Shown piece after piece: positions 27,933 to 36,308 of a stretch of DNA of 64,000 bases. The notes under the pieces were generated by a model. That model saw nothing but the letters and a program-made list of their open reading frames with translations. It made no database searches and had not been told where the DNA came from. The translations under genes and the position numbers were made by a program. Each line of letters starts with the position of its first letter. Position 1 is the stretch's first letter. Origin of the DNA: an uncultured Gemmatimonadales bacterium (GTDB taxonomy: Bacteria > Gemmatimonadota > Gemmatimonadetes > Longimicrobiales > RSA9); NCBI GenBank assembly GCA_963708135.1, contig OY970192.1, forward strand, positions 2,272,001-2,336,000, given 5' to 3'.

Positions 27933-30367
27933 GACAGCTCCGCCACGGTGACGCCCGTCCCGCCCTCGCCCCGCCCGCCCGCACGGTAGGCCTTCACCCG
28001 CCGATCCTCCCGCAGCAGCTCGCCCACGACCTCACGGAGCGCCCCGGTGCCCTTGCCGTGGATGATCCGCAACGACGCCAGGTCCGCCCGGATCGCCGCA
28101 TCCAGCGCGGGGTAGAGCGCCCCCGCCACCTCCTCTGCCCGCAGCCCGCGCAGGTCCACCTCCGGGCTCGCGTCCACCTCGGGAGCGCTCCACCCGGCAG
28201 CCACCGGGCGCCGCTCCCGGGGCTCCTCCTCCGCCGCGAGCGGCTCCAGTCCCGACGCCGCCACCTGGAGCCGCACACCACCCGTCTCCACGGTGGCCCG
28301 TCCGTCGCGCAGCTCGATCAGCACGCCCCTGGCGCCGGTGGCGGCCACCCGCACGCGGCTGCCCTCCTCGAGGCCGCCGCCCCGGCCCTTCCGCCCCCGC
28401 ACGAGCGACACCTCGGGCGTTCGCTCCGCCTGGCGCCGCGCCGCCTCCTCGACCCGCCGGCGCGCGCCGCGCGCCGCCTCGTCCAGCAGATCGCCCGCGG
28501 CGGTCCCGGCGTCCGCTTCCGCGGCAGCGGCGGCCAGGCGAGCGCGCTCGTCCCGGATCACGGCCTCGGCCGCTTCGCGGACGTCCCGGATCGCCGCCTC
28601 GACCTCCTCGCGCGCGGACAGCAGGACGTCGCGCGCCTGCTGCCTCGCGCGGCGCTCGGCCTCGCGCTCCCGCTGGCGGACGGCGTGCTCGCGCTCCTCG
28701 ACCTCGCGCCGGAGCGCCAGCGCCTGCGCCCTCTCGCGCTCCGCCTCGGCGAGCGCCTCCGCCATCCCGCGCTCCTTCTCCTCGAGCTCCTGGAGCAGCT
28801 GGGCCGCGCTCCGCTCCTCGCCCGGCAGGAAGGCCTCGGCGCGCCCGAGCACCGCGTCCGGGAACCCGAGCCGGCGCGCGATGGCGAGGCCGTAGCTGCG
28901 GCCCGGCAGCCCCTTGAGCAGGCGGTAGGTGGGGCGCAGCTCGCGCGAGTCGAACTGGAGCGAGGCGTTCACCACGCCCGGCTCCTCGCCCGCCAGCAGC
29001 TTGAGCTGCCCGAGGTGCGTGGTGGCGATGGTCATGGCACTGCGGCGGGTGAGCTCGACCAGGATGGCCTGCGCCAGCGCGCCGCCTTCGGCGGGGTCCG
29101 TGCCGCTCCCCATCTCGTCCACCAGCACGAGGGAGGCGTGGTCGGCCTCGCAGAGCAGCTCGGCGAGGTTGCGCAGGTGCGCGGAGAAGGTGGACAGGCT
29201 CGCCTCGATCGACTGCTCGTCGCCGATGTCGGCGAACACGTTGCGGAAGAGGGGCAGCCGCGCGTCCGGCCCGACCGGCGGCACGACGCCGGCCTGCGCC
29301 ATCAGGCTGATGAGGCCGATCGCCTTGAGCAGCACGGTCTTGCCACCGGTGTTGGGACCGGACACGAGGAGCGTGCGCTCCCCCGGCTCGAGTACCAGGT
29401 CGAACGGCACGGTGTCGGGCTCCGCCGCGAGCAGCAGCGGGTGCCTCGCCCCGAACACGCGATACTCCTCCGCGTCGCCCGCCAGCAACGTCGGCCGGCG
29501 GCCGTTGAAGTGCAGCGCGTAGCGTGCCCGGGCGAACAGGGAGTCAAGCTCGATGAGCGCGGCCAGCGCGTCGGCCAGCGGCTCGCGGTGCGGGCGCAGC
29601 CCACCCGTCAGCTCGCGCAGGATCCGCTGCACCTCCCGCTGCTCCGCGATCTCGAGGCCGCGCAGCCGGTTCATCAGCTCGATCGCGAGTGGCGGCTCCA
29701 CGAAAAGCGTCCCGCCGGTGGCGGATTCGTCGTGGACGATGCCGCCCACATCGGAGCGGCCCTCCCGCCGAATGGGGATAACGTAGCGCCCCTCGCGCAC
29801 GGTGACTGACGCATCGGCCACGCGGACGCGGTCGGGCAGCGAGATGGCGAAGCGCTCGAGCTGCTCCACGATGCGGGAGCGGGCGCCCCGGATCTCGGAG
29901 CGCAGCCGCTTCAACTCGCGCGACGCCCCATCCCGCACCTCGCCCGCGGAGTCGATGGCCCGGCGAAGCTCCGCCTCCTCGGCCTCCATCCGGACGAGCC
30001 GCTCGCCGCGGCGGGCGAGCAGGGGATGGTCGTCCGCGTGCTGGAGCAGCGTGCGGCGGGTCTCGCGGGAGGAGCGGATGAGCTCCGCGCAGTCGCGCAG
30101 CCAGGGGCCCTCCCACACCGAGCCCTCGAGTGCCAGCCGGCGGAGCGGCCCGCGCAGGTCCGGCAGCGCCGGGATGACGAAGTCGTCAACGCGAAGCAGC
30201 AGCCCCACCATCTGGTCCACGCCGCGCAGCTCCTCGTCCACCCACGCCAGCGCGTCGCTCGGCTCCAGCGCGCGCACCGCCTCCGCGCCCAGCGGGCTGG
30301 ACGCGTAACCGGCTACGAGGTCGAGCGCCTCGGGAAGCTGTAGGACCTGGAGTGCGTGACGATTCAT
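27929..30367 (-). CDS. mutS2: Endonuclease MutS2
   Basis: HD.S.TG.T.F.EP, ARHPLL, SGPNTGGKT, DIGDEQSI..SLSTFS.H, DE.G.GTDP.EG, TTH; Smr domain IHGKGTGALR, GG.G.T. Confidence 0.96.
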   Translation of the reverse strand: MNRHALQVLQLPEALDLVAGYASSPLGAEAVRALEPSDALAWVDEELRGVDQMVGLLLRVDDFVIPALPDLRGPLRRLALEGSVWEGPWLRDCAELIRSSRETRRTLLQHADDHPLLARRGERLVRMEAEEAELRRAIDSAGEVRDGASRELKRLRSEIRGARSRIVEQLERFAISLPDRVRVADASVTVREGRYVIPIRREGRSDVGGIVHDESATGGTLFVEPPLAIELMNRLRGLEIAEQREVQRILRELTGGLRPHREPLADALAALIELDSLFARARYALHFNGRRPTLLAGDAEEYRVFGARHPLLLAAEPDTVPFDLVLEPGERTLLVSGPNTGGKTVLLKAIGLISLMAQAGVVPPVGPDARLPLFRNVFADIGDEQSIEASLSTFSAHLRNLAELLCEADHASLVLVDEMGSGTDPAEGGALAQAILVELTRRSAMTIATTHLGQLKLLAGEEPGVVNASLQFDSRELRPTYRLLKGLPGRSYGLAIARRLGFPDAVLGRAEAFLPGEERSAAQLLQELEEKERGMAEALAEAERERAQALALRREVEEREHAVRQREREAERRARQQARDVLLSAREEVEAAIRDVREAAEAVIRDERARLAAAAAEADAGTAAGDLLDEAARGARRRVEEAARRQAERTPEVSLVRGRKGRGGGLEEGSRVRVAATGARGVLIELRDGRATVETGGVRLQVAASGLEPLAAEEEPRERRPVAAGWSAPEVDASPEVDLRGLRAEEVAGALYPALDAAIRADLASLRIIHGKGTGALREVVGELLREDRRVKAYRAGGRGEGGTGVTVAELS

Positions 30368-30489
30368 GCGGAGCCTCGGGTCATGCTACACCGCGCCCCC
30401 ACCCTGGAGCCCCGGCGCGGACGGCGGCCGCCGCCGCGCGGCGCCCCGGAAGAATAGCCGCCCCCGGCCCCCTCGGCACCCCCTCCGCC

Positions 30490-30518
30490 TTGACACCTCC
30501 GCGCTCGCCGGATAGCCT
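30490..30518 (+). promoter_or_regulatory. Sigma70-type promoter of the ggt-like gene
   Basis: TTGACA (30490-30495)-N17-TAGCCT (30513-30518). Confidence 0.75.
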
Positions 30519-30581
30519 CCCGCAGAGGCCGCCGCAGCCGCGCCGGCCGCAACGCCTCACCACCCCGACCGGACCTCTGCC

Positions 30582-32396
30582 ATGCCCGCGATCGTCCCGC
30601 GCCGCCGCGGTCCCGCGCCCGCCACCGGTGACGTCCCGAGCCGCGCCGCCCTCGCGCTCGCCGCCGGCCTGCTCCTCGCCGGCTGTGCCCCGCGCGGCCC
30701 GGCGGCGACGCCGGCGCCGGACACGGGGAAGCGCGCCGTCGCCTCCCACGGCATGATCGCCTCCGCCCACCCGCTGGCCAGCGAGGCCGGGCTCCGGATG
30801 CTCCGCCAGGGCGGCAACGCCGTCGATGCCGCAGTGGCCACCGCCTTCGCAATCGGCGTGGTCGAGCCGATGATGAGCGGCCTCGGCGCCGGCGGCGGCA
30901 TCCTCATCTGGCCGGCCGCGACGCGCCACCCCGTCTACGTCAACTTCTACTCCACCGCGCCTTCCGCTCCCGTGCGCCCGGTGCGCGGCGAGGCGGGGCC
31001 CGCCGACGCGAAGGGCGCCGCGATCCCCGGTGGCGTGGCGGGCCTGCTGCTCGCGCAGCAGAAGTATGGACGGCTGCCCCGCGCCGCCGTGCTCGAGCCC
31101 GCCATCCGCCTGGCCCGCGACGGCTTCCCGGTCCATTCGCTCCTCGCCCGTGTCGTGGCGGAGGACAGCGCCAAGCTCTCCGCCTACGAGGGCGCGCGAC
31201 GGATCTTCCTCCCCGACGGGCACCCGATCCACGCCGGGCAGACGCTCGTGCAGCCGGAGCTCGCCGCCACCCTCGAGCGCATCGCGGCCGGCGGCGCGGA
31301 CGCCTTCTACCGCGGGCCCGTCGCCGCCGACATCGTGCACGTGCTGAACGACGGCGGAAATCCCACGACCGTCGCCGACTTCGCCGCCTTCCACGCCCGG
31401 CCGAGGCGCCCGCTCTGCGGAACGTACGAGGGCCGCGTCGTCCTCTCTGCCCCGCCGCCGCAGTCGGGGATGCAGGTGATCGAGATGCTCCACCTGCTCG
31501 AGGCGCAGCACCTCCCCGCGCTGGGCCTGCCCACCCGCTCGCCCGAGGCGTTCCGCCGCCTCGTCGGCGCCATGCGCGTCGGAATCGTCAACCGCAACGC
31601 CTTCGTCGGCGACCCCGACCACGCGGCCGTCCCCGCCGCCGGCATCGCGTCCGGCCGCTTCGCCGCCTCGCGAGCCGCCGCCCTCCGCTCGGCCGACGAC
31701 GGCGCCCTCCCCGCCCTTTCGCCCGGCGACCCCTGGGCCGAGGACTCCGTCGCGGCCACCGGCGCCTGCGCCGCGCTCCAGCCGTTCGGACCCGCCCGCG
31801 CCGCGCCCCGTGCCACGCCCACCACCGGCAACCCCGGAGATGATGGGCTCGGCGAGACCACCCACATGTCCGTCGTCGATGCCGACGGCGACGCCGTCGC
31901 TCTCACCTACACCAACGGCCTCTACTTCGGTAGCGGCGTCTGGGTCGATGGCTTCTTCCTGAACAGCGGGATGTGGAACTTCTCCCGCAGCGACTCCAGC
32001 GCCAACGCGTTCGGCCCCGGCCGCGTGCCCGCCTCCACCATCTCGCCCACCATCATCCTGCGCGACGGCAGGGTCGAGATGGTCGTCGGGTCCCCCGGCT
32101 CGGCCGCTATTCCCCCCGCCGTCGTCGAGACAATCCTCTACACCCTCGACTACGGCCTCGACCCGCTCGAGGCGCTCCGCATGCCGCGTGTGCTCCCCAC
32201 CGCGGGCCCGGCCGTCCGCGTCGAGGACGGCTTCGCCGCGGGCGTGCTCGCCGACGCCGCCCGGCGCGGCTACCGCCTCATCCCCACGCCCCCCACCGAC
32301 ATGGTCTTCGGCGGCGTCCACGTCATCGCCCGCCGCGGCAACCGCTGGGTCGGCGCCGCCGACCCCCGCCGCGACGGCGAGGTCCGCGGCTACTGA
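30582..32396 (+). CDS. ggt: Gamma-glutamyltransferase-family Ntn-hydrolase, lipoprotein
   Basis: Lipobox LLAGC; GGNAVDAAVA, SGLG.GG, A.PG..AG, QPELA.TL, FY.G, nucleophile Thr in ETTHMSVVD..G, G.ADPR. Confidence 0.9.
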   Translation: MPAIVPRRRGPAPATGDVPSRAALALAAGLLLAGCAPRGPAATPAPDTGKRAVASHGMIASAHPLASEAGLRMLRQGGNAVDAAVATAFAIGVVEPMMSGLGAGGGILIWPAATRHPVYVNFYSTAPSAPVRPVRGEAGPADAKGAAIPGGVAGLLLAQQKYGRLPRAAVLEPAIRLARDGFPVHSLLARVVAEDSAKLSAYEGARRIFLPDGHPIHAGQTLVQPELAATLERIAAGGADAFYRGPVAADIVHVLNDGGNPTTVADFAAFHARPRRPLCGTYEGRVVLSAPPPQSGMQVIEMLHLLEAQHLPALGLPTRSPEAFRRLVGAMRVGIVNRNAFVGDPDHAAVPAAGIASGRFAASRAAALRSADDGALPALSPGDPWAEDSVAATGACAALQPFGPARAAPRATPTTGNPGDDGLGETTHMSVVDADGDAVALTYTNGLYFGSGVWVDGFFLNSGMWNFSRSDSSANAFGPGRVPASTISPTIILRDGRVEMVVGSPGSAAIPPAVVETILYTLDYGLDPLEALRMPRVLPTAGPAVRVEDGFAAGVLADAARRGYRLIPTPPTDMVFGGVHVIARRGNRWVGAADPRRDGEVRGY

Positions 32397-32406
32397 GCAC
32401 GGACGT

Positions 32407-32446
32407 AAAAAACCCACCCGGGGAGGACGAAGCCTCCACGGGTGGG
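32407..32446 (-). terminator. Intrinsic terminator (may also stop convergent ggt transcription)
   Basis: Minus strand: CCCACCCG-T-GGAGG-CTTCGT-CCTCC-C-CGGGTGGG followed by TTTTTT. Confidence 0.85.
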
Positions 32447-32625
32447 GTATTCACGCGGCCGGTGCCCTTCACACCGCCGGACCCGAGCGGTCCCACACCT
32501 CTCGGGCTTCCCGGCGCCCCGGACGGCCGACCCCCATCCGGGCGGCCGCGGAGGTGCGGCCCCGCGGCCGGCGCCCCGGCCGAACGCGGCGGCGGGGGCG
32601 CAACTGCTTCAATGATTGCATCAGC
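32407..32625 (-). ncRNA. Candidate ~220-nt structured small RNA of unknown family
   Basis: Bounded by a sigma70 promoter and a U-tailed terminator; four adjacent GC-rich hairpins; no convincing CDS inside. Confidence 0.55.
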
Positions 32626-32630
32626 GACTC

Positions 32631-32659
32631 ACGATAGGCGCGGGCGTGGGTGGCGTCAA
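32631..32659 (-). promoter_or_regulatory. Sigma70-type promoter of candidate small RNA
   Basis: TTGACG (32659-32654)-N17-TATCGT (32636-32631). Confidence 0.75.
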
Positions 32660-32728
32660 GGGAGCCGTACTCGCGGGGCCCCTGACCGCCGCCCGCCACC
32701 TGGCGCGGCCGGGCGGGCGGGAGCGCGC

Positions 32729-33163
32729 TCAGGCCAGCTCCTCGCGGGCGATGCGGTTGGCCTCCTTGCCCTCGAAGCGGCCCTTGATGCGCGGGGCGAC
32801 GCGGCCCATGACGGCGCCGATGCTGTCGGCACCGTCCTCGATGGCCGCTCGGACCATCGCCCGGACCTCGGACTCGGCGAGCGCGGGCGGCATGTAGTGA
32901 CCGAGGATCTCGGCCTCGGCCTCCTCCTTCGCGGCGAGCTCGGTGCGTCCTCCGGCGCGCATCTGCTCGGCGGCCTCCCTGCGGCGCTTGATCGCCGACG
33001 CGATGACGCCCGTGGCGTCGGCGTCGCCGATCTCGTGGCGCAGCTCGATCTCGCGGTTCCGGACCTCGGAGAGCGTCATGGTGAGCAACTCGGTGCGCAG
33101 CTTGTCGCGGGCGCGGCGGGCATCGTTCAGGTCCGCGCGCAGCCGTTCGGTGATCTCGCTCAT
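32729..33163 (-). CDS. yqeY: GatB/YqeY domain protein
   Basis: ATG 33163; K.R.E....F/M..GGR.ELA.KE..E..IL..Y.P..L, G.VM....P...GR..G. Confidence 0.9.
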   Translation of the reverse strand: MSEITERLRADLNDARRARDKLRTELLTMTLSEVRNREIELRHEIGDADATGVIASAIKRRREAAEQMRAGGRTELAAKEEAEAEILGHYMPPALAESEVRAMVRAAIEDGADSIGAVMGRVAPRIKGRFEGKEANRIAREELA

Positions 33164-33185
33164 GGCTTCATCTCGTGGGTCGCGG

Positions 33186-33536
33186 TCATCCCGGAGGCCA
33201 CCGGAGGTGCCGCCCGCCCAGCAGGTGCAGGTGGATGTGGTCGACGGACTGGCCCGCATCGGGCCCGGCGTTGACGACCAGGCGGTAGCCGCTGTCGTTG
33301 ACGCCGTCGGCGCTCGCGATCTCCTTCGCGGCGAGGAACAGGCGGCCGACCAGGGCGGCGTCGGCTGCGGAGAGCGCCTCCACGGAGGGGATGTGGCGGC
33401 GCGGGATGACGAGCACGTGCGTGGAAGCCTGGGGGTTCAGGTCGCGGAACGCGACGGTCTCCTCGTCCTGGCGAACGATGTCGGCCGGGATCTCGCCCGC
33501 CGCGATGCGGCAGAAGACGCACTCCTGGTTGGCCAC
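33186..33536 (-). CDS. HIT-family nucleotide-binding protein (HinT-like)
   Basis: GTG 33536 after GGAGGAGGAG SD; CVFC.I..GEIP, FRD.NPQA..H.LVIP..H, GQSV.HIHLH.LGGR...WPPG. Confidence 0.95.
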   Translation of the reverse strand: MANQECVFCRIAAGEIPADIVRQDEETVAFRDLNPQASTHVLVIPRRHIPSVEALSAADAALVGRLFLAAKEIASADGVNDSGYRLVVNAGPDAGQSVDHIHLHLLGGRHLRWPPG

Positions 33537-33717
33537 GGCTCCTCCTCCTCTGTGGCGGTGCTTCCGTCGGGCGGAGCTTAACGGCGCATCAGGCGCCGGG
33601 GAAGGGCGGAGCGGGTGCGGCGCGAGACCGATCGAGCCATGGCGCTGCCCCGCGCGCGGGCCGAGCTTCGTCGCGATTCGAGCCCGCCCCACCATTCCCC
33701 GCACCAGCGAGGTCCGC

Positions 33718-34221
33718 GTGTCCCGTACCGATCCGCCGCTCGAAGAGTACCTCTACGGCATCCTCCGCCGGGACGGCTCGCTCGTTCCGTTGGGGCGTCT
33801 GGCGGGGCGGGTGAAGGAGGAGCGCGGCGCCTACGACGCCGTGCCCGCCCGCCTCCGCGCCTGCCTGGACGCGCGCCCGGACCGTTTCCTCGTGGTCGAC
33901 CCGGAGCCGCCCCTGCCGGGAATGGACAGGTGGCCGGAGCCGCTGCAGGAGCGCTACGCGGCGGCGCTCGCGGCGGCGGCCGGCCCGCTGGTCGCGGCGC
34001 TGGACCCGCCCACGCCCGGCCACCGCATTCGGCGCCGCCGGGCGCGCGCCGCGCCGCCTGTCCCGTCCGCGCCGCCCGTGAGCCAGGTGCCGCGGCGCGC
34101 CCTCGGGCAGCCGCTGGTCGACACGCTCGCGCAGTTGCAGCGCACCGCCGCCGCGCCGGAGCTGGCGCGCGCGGCGCGCATGGCGTGGGCGCTGCTCGCG
34201 GCGCTCGGAGAGGACGGGTGA
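33718..34221 (+). CDS. Hypothetical protein (orphan, 167 aa)
   Basis: GAGGT SD before GTG 33718; fills the gap between HIT and prmA and ends 9 nt from the prmA stop; protein-like segments (LEEYLYGIL, RPDRFLVVDP). Confidence 0.6.
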   Translation: MSRTDPPLEEYLYGILRRDGSLVPLGRLAGRVKEERGAYDAVPARLRACLDARPDRFLVVDPEPPLPGMDRWPEPLQERYAAALAAAAGPLVAALDPPTPGHRIRRRRARAAPPVPSAPPVSQVPRRALGQPLVDTLAQLQRTAAAPELARAARMAWALLAALGEDG

Positions 34222-34230
34222 GGGAGCGGC

Positions 34231-35118
34231 TCAGGCGCTGGCGGGCTCGTGCGCTCGCTCGAAGAGCCCGCTCCACCACTCGTCCTCGAGGTCCTCGGTC
34301 CGGAGCTCGAGCCCGGCGGCGTCCGCCGCCTCGATCATGTCATCCGCCTCGCCCTCCAGGATGCCTGCGAGGATCAGCCGGCCACCGGGCACGAGGGCAT
34401 CGTGGAACGCGGGGAGCAGCGGCCTCAGCACGCCGCTCAGGATGTTGGCGAGGATCACGTCCTGCCGGGGCGCGCGCGGTCGGGCCAGGAAGGCGGCATC
34501 CACGACCCCGTGCTCAAGACGCACGCGGTCCGCGACGCCGTTGCGGGCGATGTTGTCGGCCGCGTTCCCCAGCGCGTCGGCATCGGCCTCCACGGCGCGC
34601 ACCTCGTCCGCCCCCAGCCGTGCCGCGGCGATCGAGAGGATGGCGCTGCCCGCCCCGACATCCAGGACGCGGTCCCCCCCGCGAAGCGCCTCCTGCAGCA
34701 GGCGAAGCGCTCCGCGCGTCGTGGCGTGCTCGCCGGTGCCGAACGCCATCTCGGGGTCGATGATGAGGACGATCTCGCCCGGGCGCGCCTCGGGGCGGGT
34801 CCAGCTCGGGGCCACGATCAGGCGGGCCCCCACGCGGCGGGGCTTGAGCCCGCGGCGCCAGGACGCGGCCCAGTCCTCCTGCGCCTGCCACTCCCAGCGG
34901 GGGTCGAGCGTTCGACCGGGTGCGAGCGCCTCGAGGCGCGCGACGACTCCGGCCATGAAGCTCGTCGGATCGGCCGGCGGCATGAAGTAGCTGATGAGCC
35001 GGCCGCCGGCCTCCTGGACGGCCGCGCCCCCGGACGCGACGAGCCCCTCGGAGAGCTCGCCCACGAGCTCCTCCGAGGGGCAGCGTACGGACACGACCAG
35101 CCAGCGTTCGGGATCCAT
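34231..35118 (-). CDS. prmA: Ribosomal protein L11 methyltransferase
   Basis: ATG 35118; DW...W, P.W, IDPEMAFGTG.H.TT, LDVG.GS.ILSI, ANIL, AGIL. Confidence 0.95.
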   Translation of the reverse strand: MDPERWLVVSVRCPSEELVGELSEGLVASGGAAVQEAGGRLISYFMPPADPTSFMAGVVARLEALAPGRTLDPRWEWQAQEDWAASWRRGLKPRRVGARLIVAPSWTRPEARPGEIVLIIDPEMAFGTGEHATTRGALRLLQEALRGGDRVLDVGAGSAILSIAAARLGADEVRAVEADADALGNAADNIARNGVADRVRLEHGVVDAAFLARPRAPRQDVILANILSGVLRPLLPAFHDALVPGGRLILAGILEGEADDMIEAADAAGLELRTEDLEDEWWSGLFERAHEPASA

Positions 35119-35120
35119 GG

Positions 35121-36281
35121 TCAGGCGCTGAACGCCCCCTTCACCTTGCTCCAGAAACCCTTCTCCCCATGCTGCTCGCCAGGGGCCGGCGGCGCGGTCT
35201 CGATGGGAGCGAGCTGTCGCAGCAGCGCCTCCTGCTCCGCCGTGAGCTCGGTGGGCGTCCAGACGAGCACGCGCACGATCATGTCGCCCTTGCCGCCGCC
35301 CCGCAGGTGAGGCAGCCCCTTTCCGCGCATCCGCAGGAGCCGCCCCGACTGCGTCCCGGCCGGGATCTTGACGCGCGCGGAGCCGGTCACGGTCGGCACC
35401 TCCACCTCCGCGCCGAGCACCGCCTGCGTGAAGGTCACCGGCAGGTCGAGGATCAGATCGGCGCCATCGCGCGCGAAGCGCGCATCCTCTTCCACATCCA
35501 CCACGACCATGACGTCGCCGCGCGGGCCCCCGCGCGGGCCGGCGTTGCCCGTGCCGCGAAGCGTGATGTAGTCGCCGGAGGAGACGCCCGCGGGGATCTC
35601 GACCTCGATCGTCTTTTCCTGCGGGGCGACGCCGCGGCTCTGGCATTCCTCGCACGGGTGGTCGATCACGTGCCCCTCGCCGCCGCACGCGGGGCAGGGC
35701 GAGACGGAGACCATCTGCCCGAGGAAGCTCCGCTGCACCCGCCGCACCTCGCCGGCGCCGCCGCACGTGGCGCAGCGCGCCGGGCGCTCGCCCTCGTGGC
35801 CGCCCGTACCGCCGCACGCCGTGCACGGCTCGAGCACCTGGAGCTTCAGCTTGCGGCGCACTCCGCTGGCAACCTCGGCGAGGGTGAGCGGCAGCCGCAC
35901 GCGTACGTCGGAGCCCCGCCGGTGCACGCCGCGGCCACCACTGCGCCGGCTCGCGCCGCCGAAGAGGTCCTCGAAGCCGAAGGCGCCGCCGAAGTCCCTC
36001 ATGAAGATCTCGAGCGCGTCCGTGAAGTTGAAGCCGCCGAACCCGGCTCCCGCGGCGGCGCCCTTGACGCCCGCATGCCCGAACCGGTCGTAGGCGCTCC
36101 GCTTCTCCGGATCGCGCAGGATCTCGTACGCCTCCGTGGCCTCCTTGAACTTCTCCTCGGCGCCCGGGTCGTCGGAGTTGCGGTCCGGGTGAAACTGGAG
36201 CGCCAGCTTGCGGTAGGCCTTCTTGATGACCTCGCCGTCCGCGTCGCGGCCGACCCCGAGGATCTCGTAGTAGTCTCGCAT
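35121..36281 (-). CDS. dnaJ: Chaperone DnaJ
   Basis: J domain with HPD, G/F-rich region, four CxxCxGxG repeats, C-terminal domain. Confidence 0.98.
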   Translation of the reverse strand: MRDYYEILGVGRDADGEVIKKAYRKLALQFHPDRNSDDPGAEEKFKEATEAYEILRDPEKRSAYDRFGHAGVKGAAAGAGFGGFNFTDALEIFMRDFGGAFGFEDLFGGASRRSGGRGVHRRGSDVRVRLPLTLAEVASGVRRKLKLQVLEPCTACGGTGGHEGERPARCATCGGAGEVRRVQRSFLGQMVSVSPCPACGGEGHVIDHPCEECQSRGVAPQEKTIEVEIPAGVSSGDYITLRGTGNAGPRGGPRGDVMVVVDVEEDARFARDGADLILDLPVTFTQAVLGAEVEVPTVTGSARVKIPAGTQSGRLLRMRGKGLPHLRGGGKGDMIVRVLVWTPTELTAEQEALLRQLAPIETAPPAPGEQHGEKGFWSKVKGAFSA

Positions 36282-36308
36282 CGATTCCAGTTCAGGCTCC
36301 GGCTCGGT

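Noticed and set aside
32483..32503. T-box-like UGGGACC motif inside the candidate RNA
   Set aside because: No recognisable Stem I or specifier, no antiterminator pairing with the terminator 5' arm, and no same-strand amino-acid gene downstream.
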